NCBI RefSeq assembly: GCF_032555305.1
Contig: NZ_JAWGOQ010000024.1
Coordinates: forward strand, 11,033-75,032
Origin: Enterococcus sp.
GTDB lineage: Bacteria; Bacillota; Bacilli; Lactobacillales; Enterococcaceae
DNA length: 64,000 nucleotides
Reading direction: 5' to 3'
The notes beneath the pieces are model-generated. The model ran no database searches, was not told the DNA's origin, and worked only from the letters and a program-made list of their open reading frames with translations. Within the stretch, counting starts at the first letter, position 1; each line of letters begins with the position of its first letter. Made by a program: the position numbers and the translations under genes. This document shows, one piece after another, positions 53,500-63,776 of the stretch.

Positions 53500-54429
53500 A
53501 TGCCGATTCGTTTAGAGCCTGATTTTCCAGCGAAGTCAGTTTTGGAATCAGAGGATATTTTCGCCATCGATAACTCGAGAGCGGAGCATCAAGACATTCG
53601 TCCACTGAAGCTGTTAATTTTAAATTTGATGCCGAATAAGATTGACACGGAGATTCATCTGTTGCGCCTGATCAGCCAAAGCCCGTTGCAGATTGATGTT
53701 GATTTTTTGAAAGTAGCTAGCCATGAACATAAGCACACGAGCAAGAATCATTTGGATAAGTTCTATTTGGACTTTTCTCAGGTGAAGGAAACCTGTTATG
53801 ACGGATTGATCATTACTGGTGCACCTGTGGAGCAAATGGCGTTCGAGGAAGTCGATTACTGGCCTGAACTAGTTGAGATTATGGAGTGGAGCCAGTCATC
53901 AGTGACCTCAGTCGTGCATATTTGCTGGGGCGCGCAAGCTGGACTCTATTATCATTTTGGCGTGGATAAGGTTCCATTCAAGGAAAAATTATTTGGAATC
54001 TACAAGCAGGATATCGAACATCACTTCCGTTTGTTCAGAGGTTTTGATGACCGATTTTGGATGCCACAGTCACGTTATACCGGCATCAATGAAGAACAGG
54101 TACGTGATGCGAAAATCAAAGTGATCGCGAAGGACGAGGCAGAGCGTTCCGCTATTTTGATTTCAGAGGATGAGCACGATGTCTTTTTGATGGGGCATTT
54201 TGAATATGCGACCGATACCTTGGAAAAGGAATATCTGCGTGATCACGAGCGAGGATTGGACACAGCGAAGCCCGCAAATTATTACGAGGATGGTAAGATC
54301 TTTAATTATTGGCGAGCGCAGGCCCATCTGTTTTATCACAACTGGTTGAATGACGTATATCAAATAACACCCTATCGCTTAGAAAGAATAAGGGAATTGC
54401 AAAAAGAAAGAAAGCTGAGATCGATTTGA
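53500..54429 (+). CDS. metA: Homoserine O-acyltransferase (MetA family, probably acetyl-specific)
   Basis: QDIRPL, NLMPNK, TGAPVE (Glu at the specificity position), ICWGAQ, GHFEY. Confidence 0.92.
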   Translation: MPIRLEPDFPAKSVLESEDIFAIDNSRAEHQDIRPLKLLILNLMPNKIDTEIHLLRLISQSPLQIDVDFLKVASHEHKHTSKNHLDKFYLDFSQVKETCYDGLIITGAPVEQMAFEEVDYWPELVEIMEWSQSSVTSVVHICWGAQAGLYYHFGVDKVPFKEKLFGIYKQDIEHHFRLFRGFDDRFWMPQSRYTGINEEQVRDAKIKVIAKDEAERSAILISEDEHDVFLMGHFEYATDTLEKEYLRDHERGLDTAKPANYYEDGKIFNYWRAQAHLFYHNWLNDVYQITPYRLERIRELQKERKLRSI

Positions 54430-54442
54430 TCTCAGCTTTCTT
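54408..54442. terminator. Bidirectional hairpin overlapping the metA and yqfL-like 3' ends
   Basis: AAGAAAGCTGAGATC-GATTT-GATCTCAGCTTTCTT, perfect 15 bp inverted repeat. Confidence 0.7.
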
Positions 54443-55286
54443 CTTCCATAAAGTAATAGCTATGGTCTTCTAAATCCAAAGCACTCATAATCATTGCCGC
54501 TGTTTCTTCAATCGAAAGTGTTGCGACATTAATGATCTCACAGCCTAATTTTTGATACAGGTCATTGGCAAATTTCAACTCTGCTTGAATCTTTTCACGA
54601 TCAGAATAGGCAGTTTCAGGATTCAATCCATATGCCCGCATCCGCTCTTTTCGGATACCGATCAATACTTCCGGATCATTGGTCAATCCGACGATTTTTT
54701 TCGGGTCGATCTCAAACAGCTGTTTAGGAATATGTGCTTGCGGGATCAATGGCAAGTTCGCAACCTTCAAATTTTTGTTTGCTAAGTATAAGCTAAGCGG
54801 CGTTTTTGAGGTTCTTGAAACACCAAGCAGTACTACGTCAGCCTCTAGGAAACCACGTGGATCTTTTCCATCATCATACTTAACCGCAAATTCCATTGCT
54901 TTGATTCGTTTGAAATAATTTTCATTTAAGTGGTGTAATGCCCCACGTTCTCCGGTTGGCTCCATGTGGGCACGTTGTCCGATCTCACTAACGACCGGAT
55001 TCAACAAATCCATCGTGAAGAGGTCCTCATTTTCACAAAACTCTTTCGCAATTTTCGATAATTTTGGATCAATCAATGTATAGATGATCATGCCATTTTC
55101 GGCTTTGGCGTCGTTTAAGGCTTTCATCAATAATTCTTCCGTGTGCACGAAGGTACGGCGGAAGAGACAGAATTCTACAGTAGGATACTGCGCCATAGAG
55201 GCTTGTGCCAGCTTAGAAGCAGTTTCTCCAGCAGAATCGGAGATGATGAAAATAGTGACTAACTCGTTTTGTTTTTCGCTATCCAT
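54432..55286 (-). CDS. Pyruvate, phosphate/water dikinase regulatory protein (DUF299/YqfL)
   Basis: ISDSAGETA, YFKRIKAMEFAVKYDDG, GVSRTSKTPLSLYLA, SIEETA. Confidence 0.93.
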   Translation of the reverse strand: MDSEKQNELVTIFIISDSAGETASKLAQASMAQYPTVEFCLFRRTFVHTEELLMKALNDAKAENGMIIYTLIDPKLSKIAKEFCENEDLFTMDLLNPVVSEIGQRAHMEPTGERGALHHLNENYFKRIKAMEFAVKYDDGKDPRGFLEADVVLLGVSRTSKTPLSLYLANKNLKVANLPLIPQAHIPKQLFEIDPKKIVGLTNDPEVLIGIRKERMRAYGLNPETAYSDREKIQAELKFANDLYQKLGCEIINVATLSIEETAAMIMSALDLEDHSYYFMEEES

Positions 55287-55372
55287 AAAGAAAATCTCCC
55301 TTGCAATCAGTAATAATTTATTATACCATACTGTTTATTCGGAATCATTACACTTTGAAATGAGGAAATAAC

Positions 55373-55810
55373 ATGACTCAGACGACTTTATTAGAAAAGG
55401 CTTTGGCAAAGGTAAAAGAAAATGGCTTCAAGTATACGAAAAAACGTGAGACTTTATTAGACTATTTGATCAAATCCAATCGTTATGTTTCAGCACGCGA
55501 AGTTTATGATCACTTGAATAATCAATTTCCCGGGCTGAGCTATGATACCGTATATCGTAATCTTAGAGAGTTTTGTGAAATCGGTCTGATCGAAGATACC
55601 GAATTACAGGGGGAGATGAAATTTCGCTTTAGCTGTAGCGAAAATTTCGAGCATCACCATCACTTTATCTGTACGGTTTGTGGCACGACAAAGGAGATCC
55701 ATATGTGTCCAATGAACTTTTTTAAAGAACAACTAGATGGCTGTGAAATCGAAGGACACCGCTTTGAATTGTATGGGCGATGTGAAAAATGTCAAAAAGT
55801 TAATGGATAA
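55373..55810 (+). CDS. zur: Fur family regulator, Zur-like
   Basis: LSYDTVYRNL, HHHHFICTVCG, CPM, GRCEKC. Confidence 0.8.
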   Translation: MTQTTLLEKALAKVKENGFKYTKKRETLLDYLIKSNRYVSAREVYDHLNNQFPGLSYDTVYRNLREFCEIGLIEDTELQGEMKFRFSCSENFEHHHHFICTVCGTTKEIHMCPMNFFKEQLDGCEIEGHRFELYGRCEKCQKVNG

Positions 55811-55948
55811 ATTAAGAATTAAAATTCTTCAGTACCTTGACTCAAAATAGCCCATTAGATATAATGACTTATGGACGGTCTTGTTTATTGAAAGCACATT
55901 TCAATAACAAAAACGGTTACATTTCAAGCCCGGAGGGAGGGAATTTAC

Positions 55949-56125
55949 ATGTCAAAAACAGTGGTTCGTAAAAATGAATCTCTTGACGATGCTCTTCGTC
56001 GCTTCAAACGTTCCGTTTCAAAAGCAGGGACTCTGCAAGAATCTCGCAAACGTGAATTTTATGAAAAACCAAGCGTGAAACGTAAGAAAAAATCAGAAGC
56101 AGCTAGAAAACGTAAGAAATTCTAG
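55949..56125 (+). CDS. rpsU: 30S ribosomal protein S21 (58 aa, absent from ORF track)
   Basis: [69 protein letters not shown]. Confidence 0.98.
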   Translation: MSKTVVRKNESLDDALRRFKRSVSKAGTLQESRKREFYEKPSVKRKKKSEAARKRKKF

Positions 56126-56146
56126 TCTGTGAACGGAGTGATTCTA

Positions 56147-56593
56147 TTGTCACTACTTACTACCTTGAATGAAGACATGAAGCAAGCGATGCGAGCAAAA
56201 GATAAAGAGACTTTGCAAGTGATCCGGATGCTTAAAGCTTCGATTCAAAATGAGCAGATCAAAAAAGGTCAGGACTTGAATGACGAAGAAGAATTGACTG
56301 TCTTATCTCGCGAGATGAAACAGCGACGCGATTCTCTAACTGAGTTTGAAAAAGCTGATCGCACCGATTTGGCTGATAAGGTCAAAAAGGAAATCGTAAT
56401 TGTTGAAAAATACTTGCCGGCTCAGCTTTCCGAAGATGAGATCCGCGCGATCGTTACAGATGCAATTGCAACAACAGGAGCGACTTCACCAAAAGAATTT
56501 GGTAAAGTGATGGGTGCAGTGATGCCGAAAGTCAAAGGCAAAGCCGATGGCAATCAAGTCAACGCAATCGTCAAGGAGCTTCTGAACAAATAA
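56147..56593 (+). CDS. GatB/YqeY domain protein
   Basis: DMKQAMRAKDK, KQRRDS, YLPAQLSE, GKVMG...KGKADG; TTG start inferred. Confidence 0.93.
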   Translation: MSLLTTLNEDMKQAMRAKDKETLQVIRMLKASIQNEQIKKGQDLNDEEELTVLSREMKQRRDSLTEFEKADRTDLADKVKKEIVIVEKYLPAQLSEDEIRAIVTDAIATTGATSPKEFGKVMGAVMPKVKGKADGNQVNAIVKELLNK

Positions 56594-56604
56594 GCAATAT
56601 TGAA

Positions 56605-56634
56605 GGCCGAGAGAAATTTCTCTCGGCTTTTTTT
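56605..56634 (+). terminator. Terminator after the yqeY-like gene
   Basis: GGCCGAGAGAA-AT-TTCTCTCGGCT plus T-run. Confidence 0.85.
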
Positions 56635-56637
56635 GCG

Positions 56638-56791
56638 AGTTATGCTTTTTGCAGTTTGTCGAGTTTGCGCTTTTGTTACCAACTTTTACAATATAAATGG
56701 ACAAGCAGTTTAGCAGAATCGTATGCGTACGAAAATAGAATCATTTTTCCCTCTCTTGGAAAAATGAACTCATTTAAATGAGCTAGCTGCC
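56638..56791 (+). repeat. Dispersed copy of the structured repeat
   Basis: AGTTATGCTTTTTGCAGT (identical to 7747-7764)...TTTAGCAGAATCGTATGCGTACGAAAAT...TCATTTTTCC-N7-GGAAAAATGA...AATGAGCTAGCTGCC. Confidence 0.85.
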
Positions 56792-57123
56792 ATCAAGGTT
56801 CAACAGCTCACAGAACTCGAATCACTGGATTTAGTCGTAGTATGCAAGTCGAGTTTAAAACTCATTACCCAATAAAAAAGCTTTCGTCAAAGCAAAATGT
56901 ACTTATGTCATTAAATGTTTTCAATTTTGTATTATTGAACTATATCTGCCGTTGCTGCGGGGAAATTACATAGTTGTTAAGCTTATTCAAATATAAAAGT
57001 AGTAATTTATTTTTTGATTTGTTCATCGGGTTCTTTTGTGCTTTTTAGCGAAAGTTTAGACAATTTTTCTTTTATTTAGAGTGTGGTATTATAAGAAGGA
57101 ATGATTTATGAAGGGATGAGCGC

Positions 57124-58107
57124 TTGTTGAATAGCAACGATTTTGAGTCGTTAGAAATAAAGCTTGATGGCAAAGATGACATCAGTATGCTTTTAGGTAC
57201 CCATGATAAACACGTAAAATTTTTAGAAGAAAATACAGAGACAACGATCAACACTCGCGGTGAAATGATTCAGATCATTGGACCGAAGGAAGAGGCGAAA
57301 TTAGTAGGAGACATTATTCGTACTTTACAGATTTTGATTGATCGTGGGATCAAGGTAGCTACACCAGATGTCATGACGGCATTGCGTTTAGGTCGTGAGA
57401 ATCACCTTGACGAATTCGTTATGATGTATGAAGAAGAATTGCTGAAAGACCGTAATGGCAAACCGATTCGACCAAAAAACATCGGACAAAGCCGCTACAT
57501 CGCAGCGATCCGCAAGTCTGACGTAGTTTTTGGCGTTGGACCAGCCGGAACTGGTAAAACGTATTTAGCGATCGTTATGGCAATCGCCGCGTTGAAAAAG
57601 GGTGAGGTTCAACGGATTATTTTGACGCGCCCAGCGGTAGAAGCTGGTGAAAGCTTAGGGTTCTTACCGGGGGATTTGAAGGAGAAGGTTGATCCTTATT
57701 TGCGTCCGATGTATGATGCTTTGCACCAAATTTTCGGTGTAGAACACACGAATCGCTTATTAGAGCGTGGAGTGATCGAGATTGCTCCGTTAGCTTACAT
57801 GCGTGGACGTACACTTGATGATGCTTTTGTCATTTTAGACGAGGCGCAGAATACGACGATTTCGCAAATGAAGATGTTTTTGACGCGTCTTGGGTTTAAT
57901 TCTAAGATGATCGTCAATGGAGATACTTCTCAGGTGGATCTGCCGCGAGGACAAGTGAGCGGATTGATTCATGCGGAGAGAACGTTAAAGGGAATTAAAA
58001 AAATTCGTTTTGTAAACTTTGAGGCAGGAGATGTTGTTCGACATCCTGTCGTTGCAGAGATTATCGAAGCTTATGAACATGAGAACCTACGACATCAAGA
58101 AAAGTAG
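57124..58107 (+). CDS. phoH: PhoH family ATPase
   Basis: GPAGTGKT, RPAVEAGE.LGFLPG, YMRGRT, DEAQN, VRHP. Confidence 0.95.
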   Translation: MLNSNDFESLEIKLDGKDDISMLLGTHDKHVKFLEENTETTINTRGEMIQIIGPKEEAKLVGDIIRTLQILIDRGIKVATPDVMTALRLGRENHLDEFVMMYEEELLKDRNGKPIRPKNIGQSRYIAAIRKSDVVFGVGPAGTGKTYLAIVMAIAALKKGEVQRIILTRPAVEAGESLGFLPGDLKEKVDPYLRPMYDALHQIFGVEHTNRLLERGVIEIAPLAYMRGRTLDDAFVILDEAQNTTISQMKMFLTRLGFNSKMIVNGDTSQVDLPRGQVSGLIHAERTLKGIKKIRFVNFEAGDVVRHPVVAEIIEAYEHENLRHQEK

Positions 58108-58122
58108 TCAGGAGGGAATTGG

Positions 58123-60327
58123 ATGTTAAATCGACCCATCAATAACTTGCTGAAAAAGTTAGGTTCAAAATTAATACCGATTATTATAGGCTCGTTTACA
58201 GTTGTTTTAGTTTTGACGATGCTGACTAGTGTGATCCAAAAAAGTGTGGATTACAAAGAAGGTCAGGTTGCCACAGAGAGTATCCGTGCCAATAAAACAA
58301 TCGAAAATAAAGCTGAAACAACACAAAAACGTCAGCTTGCTGCGGAAGCCGTTACGCCAGAATATACCTATCAGGCGGATTTGGCTCAAACTCAGCATGA
58401 TCGTGTCAGTCAATTAATTCAATTGATTAAAACTGCCAATAGTGATCTAGATAAAAGCTATCAAGCCAAAGTGTCGCAGGCTAAAGATGGCGAAAAGGTT
58501 CCTCAGCCAACTGTCGATGAACGCATAGCGGCTGTCAAAAAGAACTTTGAGGGGTTAGACCCAGATACAGTGACCTTTTATCAACAATTGCCAGAAGAGT
58601 TTTATGAAGCAGTCGTACAGCTGAGCTCGTCTGATTTGACGAAGGTTGGAACAGAAACGCTGAAACTGCTGGATGAACAAATGGCGAAACGAATCCGCCA
58701 AAGTGATCTGGCTGAGTACAAGCAGCAGGCTATTGATAAGATTCAAGGATTGGGCTTATCAGATGAGGCCAATCAAGCTATCCGATATTTGCTAGAAGAG
58801 GGAGTCGTGATTAATGATTCCTTAAATCAGAAGCGAACGGATGAACTAAAAGAACAAGCTCGTGATTCTGTTCAGCCCGTGATGATCTATCAAGGGGAAG
58901 TCATTGTTCGTGAAGGAAGTCAAATTGATGCCAATGCGATCAATAAATTGAAGCTATTGGGCTTGACCAGTTCTAGCACGTCTGTTTTCCCATTAATTGC
59001 CATGGTTTTGGCAACAATCCTACAAGGGGTGCTGTTATGGTTCTACAGTCGACAATTTGAAGTTGAATTTCAACGTGTCCGATTTATTTTGTTCTATAGC
59101 GCAACGATGACCATCGGTATCTTTATTATGAAGATATTGCAGGCCTTCCAAGGCAGCAACTCCAATAGCTTGGCGTTGTTCTTCCCAGCAGCCTTTATGC
59201 CATTGATCCTGACGGTCTTTGTCAATCGTCGTGCAGGAGCTATGTCGGCCGTCTTCCAAACGGTTTTTGCATTGTTCATTTATTACAATGCAATCGGAAC
59301 GAACATGCTGCCAGTCATTTTGATGACGTATCTATTTTCTGGTACGTTAGCGGTTATGGTAAAGCAAAGACGATTATCCGATCAAGTAAAACAAGCGATG
59401 CTTTGGGTCGTTGCCTTTCCGATCGCTTGGTCAATCATTTTAAGTATCTATCAAGGAATGTCCTTTTCTGATTCGCAGACATGGACGTTATTGCTAGCTG
59501 CATTTGCTGCCAGTATTCTATCCTTTATTATGGGGATGGGGCTGCAGCCGTACATTGAAATTTTGGTGACAGATAGCGGTGTGATCACCTTGAATGAGTT
59601 GAGTAATCCAAACCATCCGTTGCTGAAGCAATTGTTAGAGGAAGCGCCAGGAACCTATCATCATTCAATGATGGTGGCAAACTTGAGTGCCAATGCGGTA
59701 GCGGAGATCGGCGGACGGTCGCTTTTGACACGAGTTGCTTGTTATTATCATGATATTGGGAAAATCCGTCATGCAAATTTCTTCGTTGAAAACCTGCCGG
59801 CTGGGGCTGAAAATCCTCATAACTTCCTATTGCCGGAGGACAGCAAGCAGATCATCTTCGGTCACGTGATTGAAGGAGCGAAGATTTTAAAAGAGTACAA
59901 GATGCCTCAAATGGTGATTGATATTTGTTACCAGCATCATGGCACGACTTTGATGAAATTCTTTTATATCAAAGCAAAAGAACGCAATCCGGAAACGACG
60001 GAAGCAGATTTTCGTTATCCGGGTCCAAAACCGCAAACACGTGAAGCTGGGGTCGTAAATATCGCAGACAGTTGTGAAGCAGCGGTTCGGGCGATGGATC
60101 ATCCATCAATCGATAAAATTACAGAGTTTGTTCATAATCTGATTGAAGAACGGATCAATGATGGTCAACTCGATGATTCTGGTTTGACATTAAAGGAAAT
60201 CCGCATTGTTGAAAAATCCTTGATCAGTGGATTAGGCTCGACTTTCCATACAAGGATCAAGTATCCGAAAATGCAATCAGAGGCTGAGAAAATGAAAGAA
60301 GAGCAAGAGAAAAAAGGGGCAGAGTAA
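58123..60327 (+). CDS. pgpH: 7TM HD-domain phosphohydrolase (PgpH-type c-di-AMP phosphodiesterase)
   Basis: Extracellular domain, 7 TMs, [25 protein letters not shown]; phoH-x-ybeY context. Confidence 0.85.
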   Translation: MLNRPINNLLKKLGSKLIPIIIGSFTVVLVLTMLTSVIQKSVDYKEGQVATESIRANKTIENKAETTQKRQLAAEAVTPEYTYQADLAQTQHDRVSQLIQLIKTANSDLDKSYQAKVSQAKDGEKVPQPTVDERIAAVKKNFEGLDPDTVTFYQQLPEEFYEAVVQLSSSDLTKVGTETLKLLDEQMAKRIRQSDLAEYKQQAIDKIQGLGLSDEANQAIRYLLEEGVVINDSLNQKRTDELKEQARDSVQPVMIYQGEVIVREGSQIDANAINKLKLLGLTSSSTSVFPLIAMVLATILQGVLLWFYSRQFEVEFQRVRFILFYSATMTIGIFIMKILQAFQGSNSNSLALFFPAAFMPLILTVFVNRRAGAMSAVFQTVFALFIYYNAIGTNMLPVILMTYLFSGTLAVMVKQRRLSDQVKQAMLWVVAFPIAWSIILSIYQGMSFSDSQTWTLLLAAFAASILSFIMGMGLQPYIEILVTDSGVITLNELSNPNHPLLKQLLEEAPGTYHHSMMVANLSANAVAEIGGRSLLTRVACYYHDIGKIRHANFFVENLPAGAENPHNFLLPEDSKQIIFGHVIEGAKILKEYKMPQMVIDICYQHHGTTLMKFFYIKAKERNPETTEADFRYPGPKPQTREAGVVNIADSCEAAVRAMDHPSIDKITEFVHNLIEERINDGQLDDSGLTLKEIRIVEKSLISGLGSTFHTRIKYPKMQSEAEKMKEEQEKKGAE

Positions 60328-60800
60328 TGGATATTACTTTTATTGACGAAACAGAGCATGTCTCTGATGAAAAAATTCAAGAAATCGATGGTGTACTGCA
60401 ATTTGCGGCTGACTACTTAGAGCTGCCTAAGGATACAGAGATGTCCGTTACTTTCATGGATAATGCTGCGATCCAAGTCATCAATCGTGATTATCGCGGC
60501 AAGGACGCACCGACTGATGTGATCAGCTTTGCACTGGAAGAAGAAGGTGAAGACGAAGTTCCGATCATCATGGATGAAGAAGATCCGATGCCGCGGAACT
60601 TAGGCGATATCATGATCTCTACAGAACGGGCCGCTGAACAAGCAGAGGAATATGGGCATAGTTTTGATCGTGAATTAGGTTTTTTAGCCGTACATGGTTT
60701 TTTACATATCAATGGGTACGACCATATGACACCTGAGGATGAAAAAGAGATGTTTGGTCTACAGAAAGAGATATTAGATGCCTATGGACTCAAAAGATAA
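60327..60800 (+). CDS. ybeY: rRNA maturation endoribonuclease YbeY
   Basis: [30 protein letters not shown]. Confidence 0.97.
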   Translation: MDITFIDETEHVSDEKIQEIDGVLQFAADYLELPKDTEMSVTFMDNAAIQVINRDYRGKDAPTDVISFALEEEGEDEVPIIMDEEDPMPRNLGDIMISTERAAEQAEEYGHSFDRELGFLAVHGFLHINGYDHMTPEDEKEMFGLQKEILDAYGLKR

Positions 60801-61173
60801 GACAGAAAAGAATAAACATTTTGTCACTTCCTTAGAATTCGCGATTCAAGGAATCAAGACGGTTTTTGAAGAAGAGCGTAATATGCGTGCCCATGTAGCT
60901 TTTGGATTGATGGCTATTCTTGTCGCGTTTTTGCTAGGTGTTTCTGTGGTGGAATGGCTATGGATTTTTCTAGCGGTTTTTCTTGTCTGGATCGTGGAGA
61001 TCATCAACACGGTATTCGAAAATGTCGTGGATATGGTGACGGATTGCCATTTCCATCCAATCGGAAAAAAAATCAAGGATATGGCAGCTGGTGCGGTCTT
61101 AGTGACTTCAGTGTTTGCGATAATCGTTGGAGTGATTATCTTTTTACCAAAAATTATTGAGCTTTTTCTTTAG
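60778..61173 (+). CDS. dgkA: DgkA family diacylglycerol/undecaprenol kinase
   Basis: [29 protein letters not shown]; start may be 60784. Confidence 0.92.
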   Translation: MPMDSKDKTEKNKHFVTSLEFAIQGIKTVFEEERNMRAHVAFGLMAILVAFLLGVSVVEWLWIFLAVFLVWIVEIINTVFENVVDMVTDCHFHPIGKKIKDMAAGAVLVTSVFAIIVGVIIFLPKIIELFL

Positions 61174-61194
61174 TTATCAGAAGGGAATTTTTAC

Positions 61195-62094
61195 ATGACA
61201 GAACATAAATCTGGTTTTGTGGCAATTGTTGGTCGACCCAATGTAGGGAAATCAACACTACTGAACCGTATCGTAGGGCAAAAGATTGCGATTATGAGTG
61301 ATAAGGCTCAAACTACAAGAAATAAAATTCAAGGTGTATACACGACACCGGAAGCGCAAATTATTTTCATTGATACTCCCGGCATCCACAAGCCTAAACA
61401 TCGCTTAGGGGACTACATGGTGGAAATGGCATACAGCGCGTTGCGTGAAGTCGATGCGATCATGTTTATGGTCAGTGCTGATCAAAAGCGCGGACGCGGT
61501 GATGATTTTATTTTAGAACGTTTGAGCAAACAAGATGTTCCAGTTTACTTAATCATCAATAAAATTGACACCATTCATCCAGATGAGCTGCTGGCGATCA
61601 TTGATGATTACCGCACAATCATGGAGTTCAAAGAGATCATCCCGATCTCAGCGACGGAAGGCAATAATGTGGAGCATCTGCTAGAGGTGTTAGTAGACCA
61701 AATGGATGAAGGTCCGCAGTATTTCCCAGAGGATCAAATCACTGACCACCCAGAATACTTTATCGTCTCCGAGTTAATCCGTGAGAAGGTATTGAGTCTA
61801 ACTCGCGATGAAGTACCCCATTCAGTAGCGGTCGTGACCGAATCCATGAAGCGAGATGAGAATGACAAGGTTCATATTCAAGCGACGATCATCGTGGAAC
61901 GGACGAGTCAAAAAGGCATTATCATTGGAAAAGGCGGTAAGATGCTGAAAAATATCGGTACACAAGCCCGTAAAGATATTGAGACGCTTTTAGCCGATAA
62001 AGTTTATTTAGAGCTTTGGGTTAAGGTCCAAAAAGATTGGCGTGACAAGCAGACGTATCTGCAGGATTACGGCTATCGTAAAGACGATTATTAA
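61195..62094 (+). CDS. era: GTPase Era
   Basis: [23 protein letters not shown]-domain IIIGKGG. Confidence 0.98.
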   Translation: MTEHKSGFVAIVGRPNVGKSTLLNRIVGQKIAIMSDKAQTTRNKIQGVYTTPEAQIIFIDTPGIHKPKHRLGDYMVEMAYSALREVDAIMFMVSADQKRGRGDDFILERLSKQDVPVYLIINKIDTIHPDELLAIIDDYRTIMEFKEIIPISATEGNNVEHLLEVLVDQMDEGPQYFPEDQITDHPEYFIVSELIREKVLSLTRDEVPHSVAVVTESMKRDENDKVHIQATIIVERTSQKGIIIGKGGKMLKNIGTQARKDIETLLADKVYLELWVKVQKDWRDKQTYLQDYGYRKDDY

Positions 62095-62184
62095 CATTTT
62101 AAGGTGTTTTAGACACCTTTCATTTAAAAAAGGGTGTGGCAGTAGTCCACAACCCTTTTTCTTATCGAAGAGAGGTGAGGATGG

Positions 62185-62964
62185 ATGGCACAGGTTGGAG
62201 AAACAAAGGGACTCATTTTATTCAGTCGTGATTACAAAGAAAAGGACAAGCTGATCAAGATTTTTACTGAATCAGCAGGCAAGGTGATGTTTTTCGCTAA
62301 AGGCATCCATCGACCGAATAATCCATTACAGACGGCGGTTCAGCCATTTACGGAAGCGGTCTTCATCGGGAATTTGAAAACTGACGGACTTTCTTTTTTG
62401 AATAGCGCGAAGGATGTCCGGCCTATGCGAAAGCTGCAGGAGGATATTTTTCTGAATGCTTATGGCTCCTACATTCTAGGTTTAACTGATGCGGCGATTG
62501 AAGACCACATATATGATCCAGCACTCTATGGATTTACACGCGAGGCACTGCAGCGAATGAATGACGGTGCCGATGGTGAGACGATCATGAATATCTTTGA
62601 AGTTCAGATCATGCAGCGCTTTGGTATATCCTTGAACTGGCAAGCCTGCGGAGTCTGTGGAAAGAAAACAGGCGCCTTCGATTTCTCCTCGAAGTATAAT
62701 GGCGTGCTTTGTCAGGATCACTGGCATTTAGACCAGCATCGCTATCATGCCGATCCGCGTGCAATTTATTTTATCCGCTTGTTCAACAGTGTAACCTATG
62801 AGAATATCAACACAATCAATTTGAAGCCTGAAACAAAAAAAGCGATCCGGCAAACGCTGGATCAACTGTATGAAGAATATATCGGCTTACATCTAAAGAG
62901 TAAAAAGTTCATCGATCAAATGAGCGAGTGGCAAGATGTGTTAAAGCCGAAAAATGAAGAATAA
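62185..62964 (+). CDS. recO: DNA repair protein RecO
   Basis: DYKEKDKLIKIFTE, CGVCG...GVLC zinc finger, LHLKSKKFIDQM; follows era. Confidence 0.95.
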   Translation: MAQVGETKGLILFSRDYKEKDKLIKIFTESAGKVMFFAKGIHRPNNPLQTAVQPFTEAVFIGNLKTDGLSFLNSAKDVRPMRKLQEDIFLNAYGSYILGLTDAAIEDHIYDPALYGFTREALQRMNDGADGETIMNIFEVQIMQRFGISLNWQACGVCGKKTGAFDFSSKYNGVLCQDHWHLDQHRYHADPRAIYFIRLFNSVTYENINTINLKPETKKAIRQTLDQLYEEYIGLHLKSKKFIDQMSEWQDVLKPKNEE

Positions 62965-63002
62965 GCTGCAGAACCATCAATTGGGCTGCAGCTTATTTTT
63001 TT
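62960..63002. terminator. Bidirectional terminator after recO
   Basis: AATAAGCTGCAG...CTGCAGCTTATT plus T-run. Confidence 0.75.
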
Positions 63003-63367
63003 GTCTTTAATTGTTTGCAGATGAATAGCCAGGCTAGACTGCCAATGAAAGATAGAAAAATGTAAAGGAAAATCATTTGACCGTTTAGCTGGTTCTGATG
63101 AATGACTGCCGACGCAAATGTCCCGATGACAAAAAAGTATAGGAAATAAAAAAGTATTCGGAACTTATTTGATAAGCTTGTTTTCATTTCAATAACATAG
63201 GAGCAAACCAGGAACAGTAACACGATGAGGATATTAAAGGAACTTTTTAGTGACCAGCCGTTTATGAAATGGTCTCGCAACCAGTTAAAGAGAAGTGTTC
63301 CAACAGCTACACTCAAAATAAGCAAATCATTACTGAAATTTTTTGGTTTAAGATTTCGTTGTGCCAT
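62993..63367 (-). CDS. Hypothetical 4-TM membrane protein
   Basis: ATG 63367 after SD GAGGAGGGAG; four hydrophobic segments. Confidence 0.65.
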   Translation of the reverse strand: MAQRNLKPKNFSNDLLILSVAVGTLLFNWLRDHFINGWSLKSSFNILIVLLFLVCSYVIEMKTSLSNKFRILFYFLYFFVIGTFASAVIHQNQLNGQMIFLYIFLSFIGSLAWLFICKQLKTKK

Positions 63368-63776
63368 TGCTAGAGTCTCCCTCCTCATAGCTTTTATTAA
63401 ACAGGGTAAACAAACAAAGGAAGGAAACACTTCCTAAGAATCCTGCCACCACAGCTATTATGATGATAGAGGTGTAATCTACGATGCTTTTCTGAACAAT
63501 ACTCTCAATCAATAGAGGAATAAAATTTAGAATTAAACATAATAGAAATCGCAAACCATTTCTAACAGGTATCCGAGAAGCAAGATAACCAACTATGTAA
63601 ATCCAGAACATAGTAAAGCCAGTGTCAAGATTAGAAAACAAAGGCTGGTGTCTGTAAACATTTAATACTATTGAAGTAATCATGAACGCCGCTAAAAGTA
63701 GCAATAAATAAAGATGTACTTTTTTCCTCAGCAACAAATCCAACTTTCGATAATTCTCACCCAATTTTTGAAACAT
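63348..63776 (-). CDS. Hypothetical 4-TM membrane protein
   Basis: ATG 63776 after GAGGGG; four hydrophobic segments; overlaps the next gene by 20 nt. Confidence 0.6.
   Translation of the reverse strand: MFQKLGENYRKLDLLLRKKVHLYLLLLLAAFMITSIVLNVYRHQPLFSNLDTGFTMFWIYIVGYLASRIPVRNGLRFLLCLILNFIPLLIESIVQKSIVDYTSIIIIAVVAGFLGSVSFLCLFTLFNKSYEEGDSSNGTTKS

Noticed and set aside
980..62727. Numerous 60-140 aa antisense or alternate-frame ORFs in the track
   Set aside because: They lie inside well-supported genes, lack SDs and show the composition typical of reverse-frame shadows.
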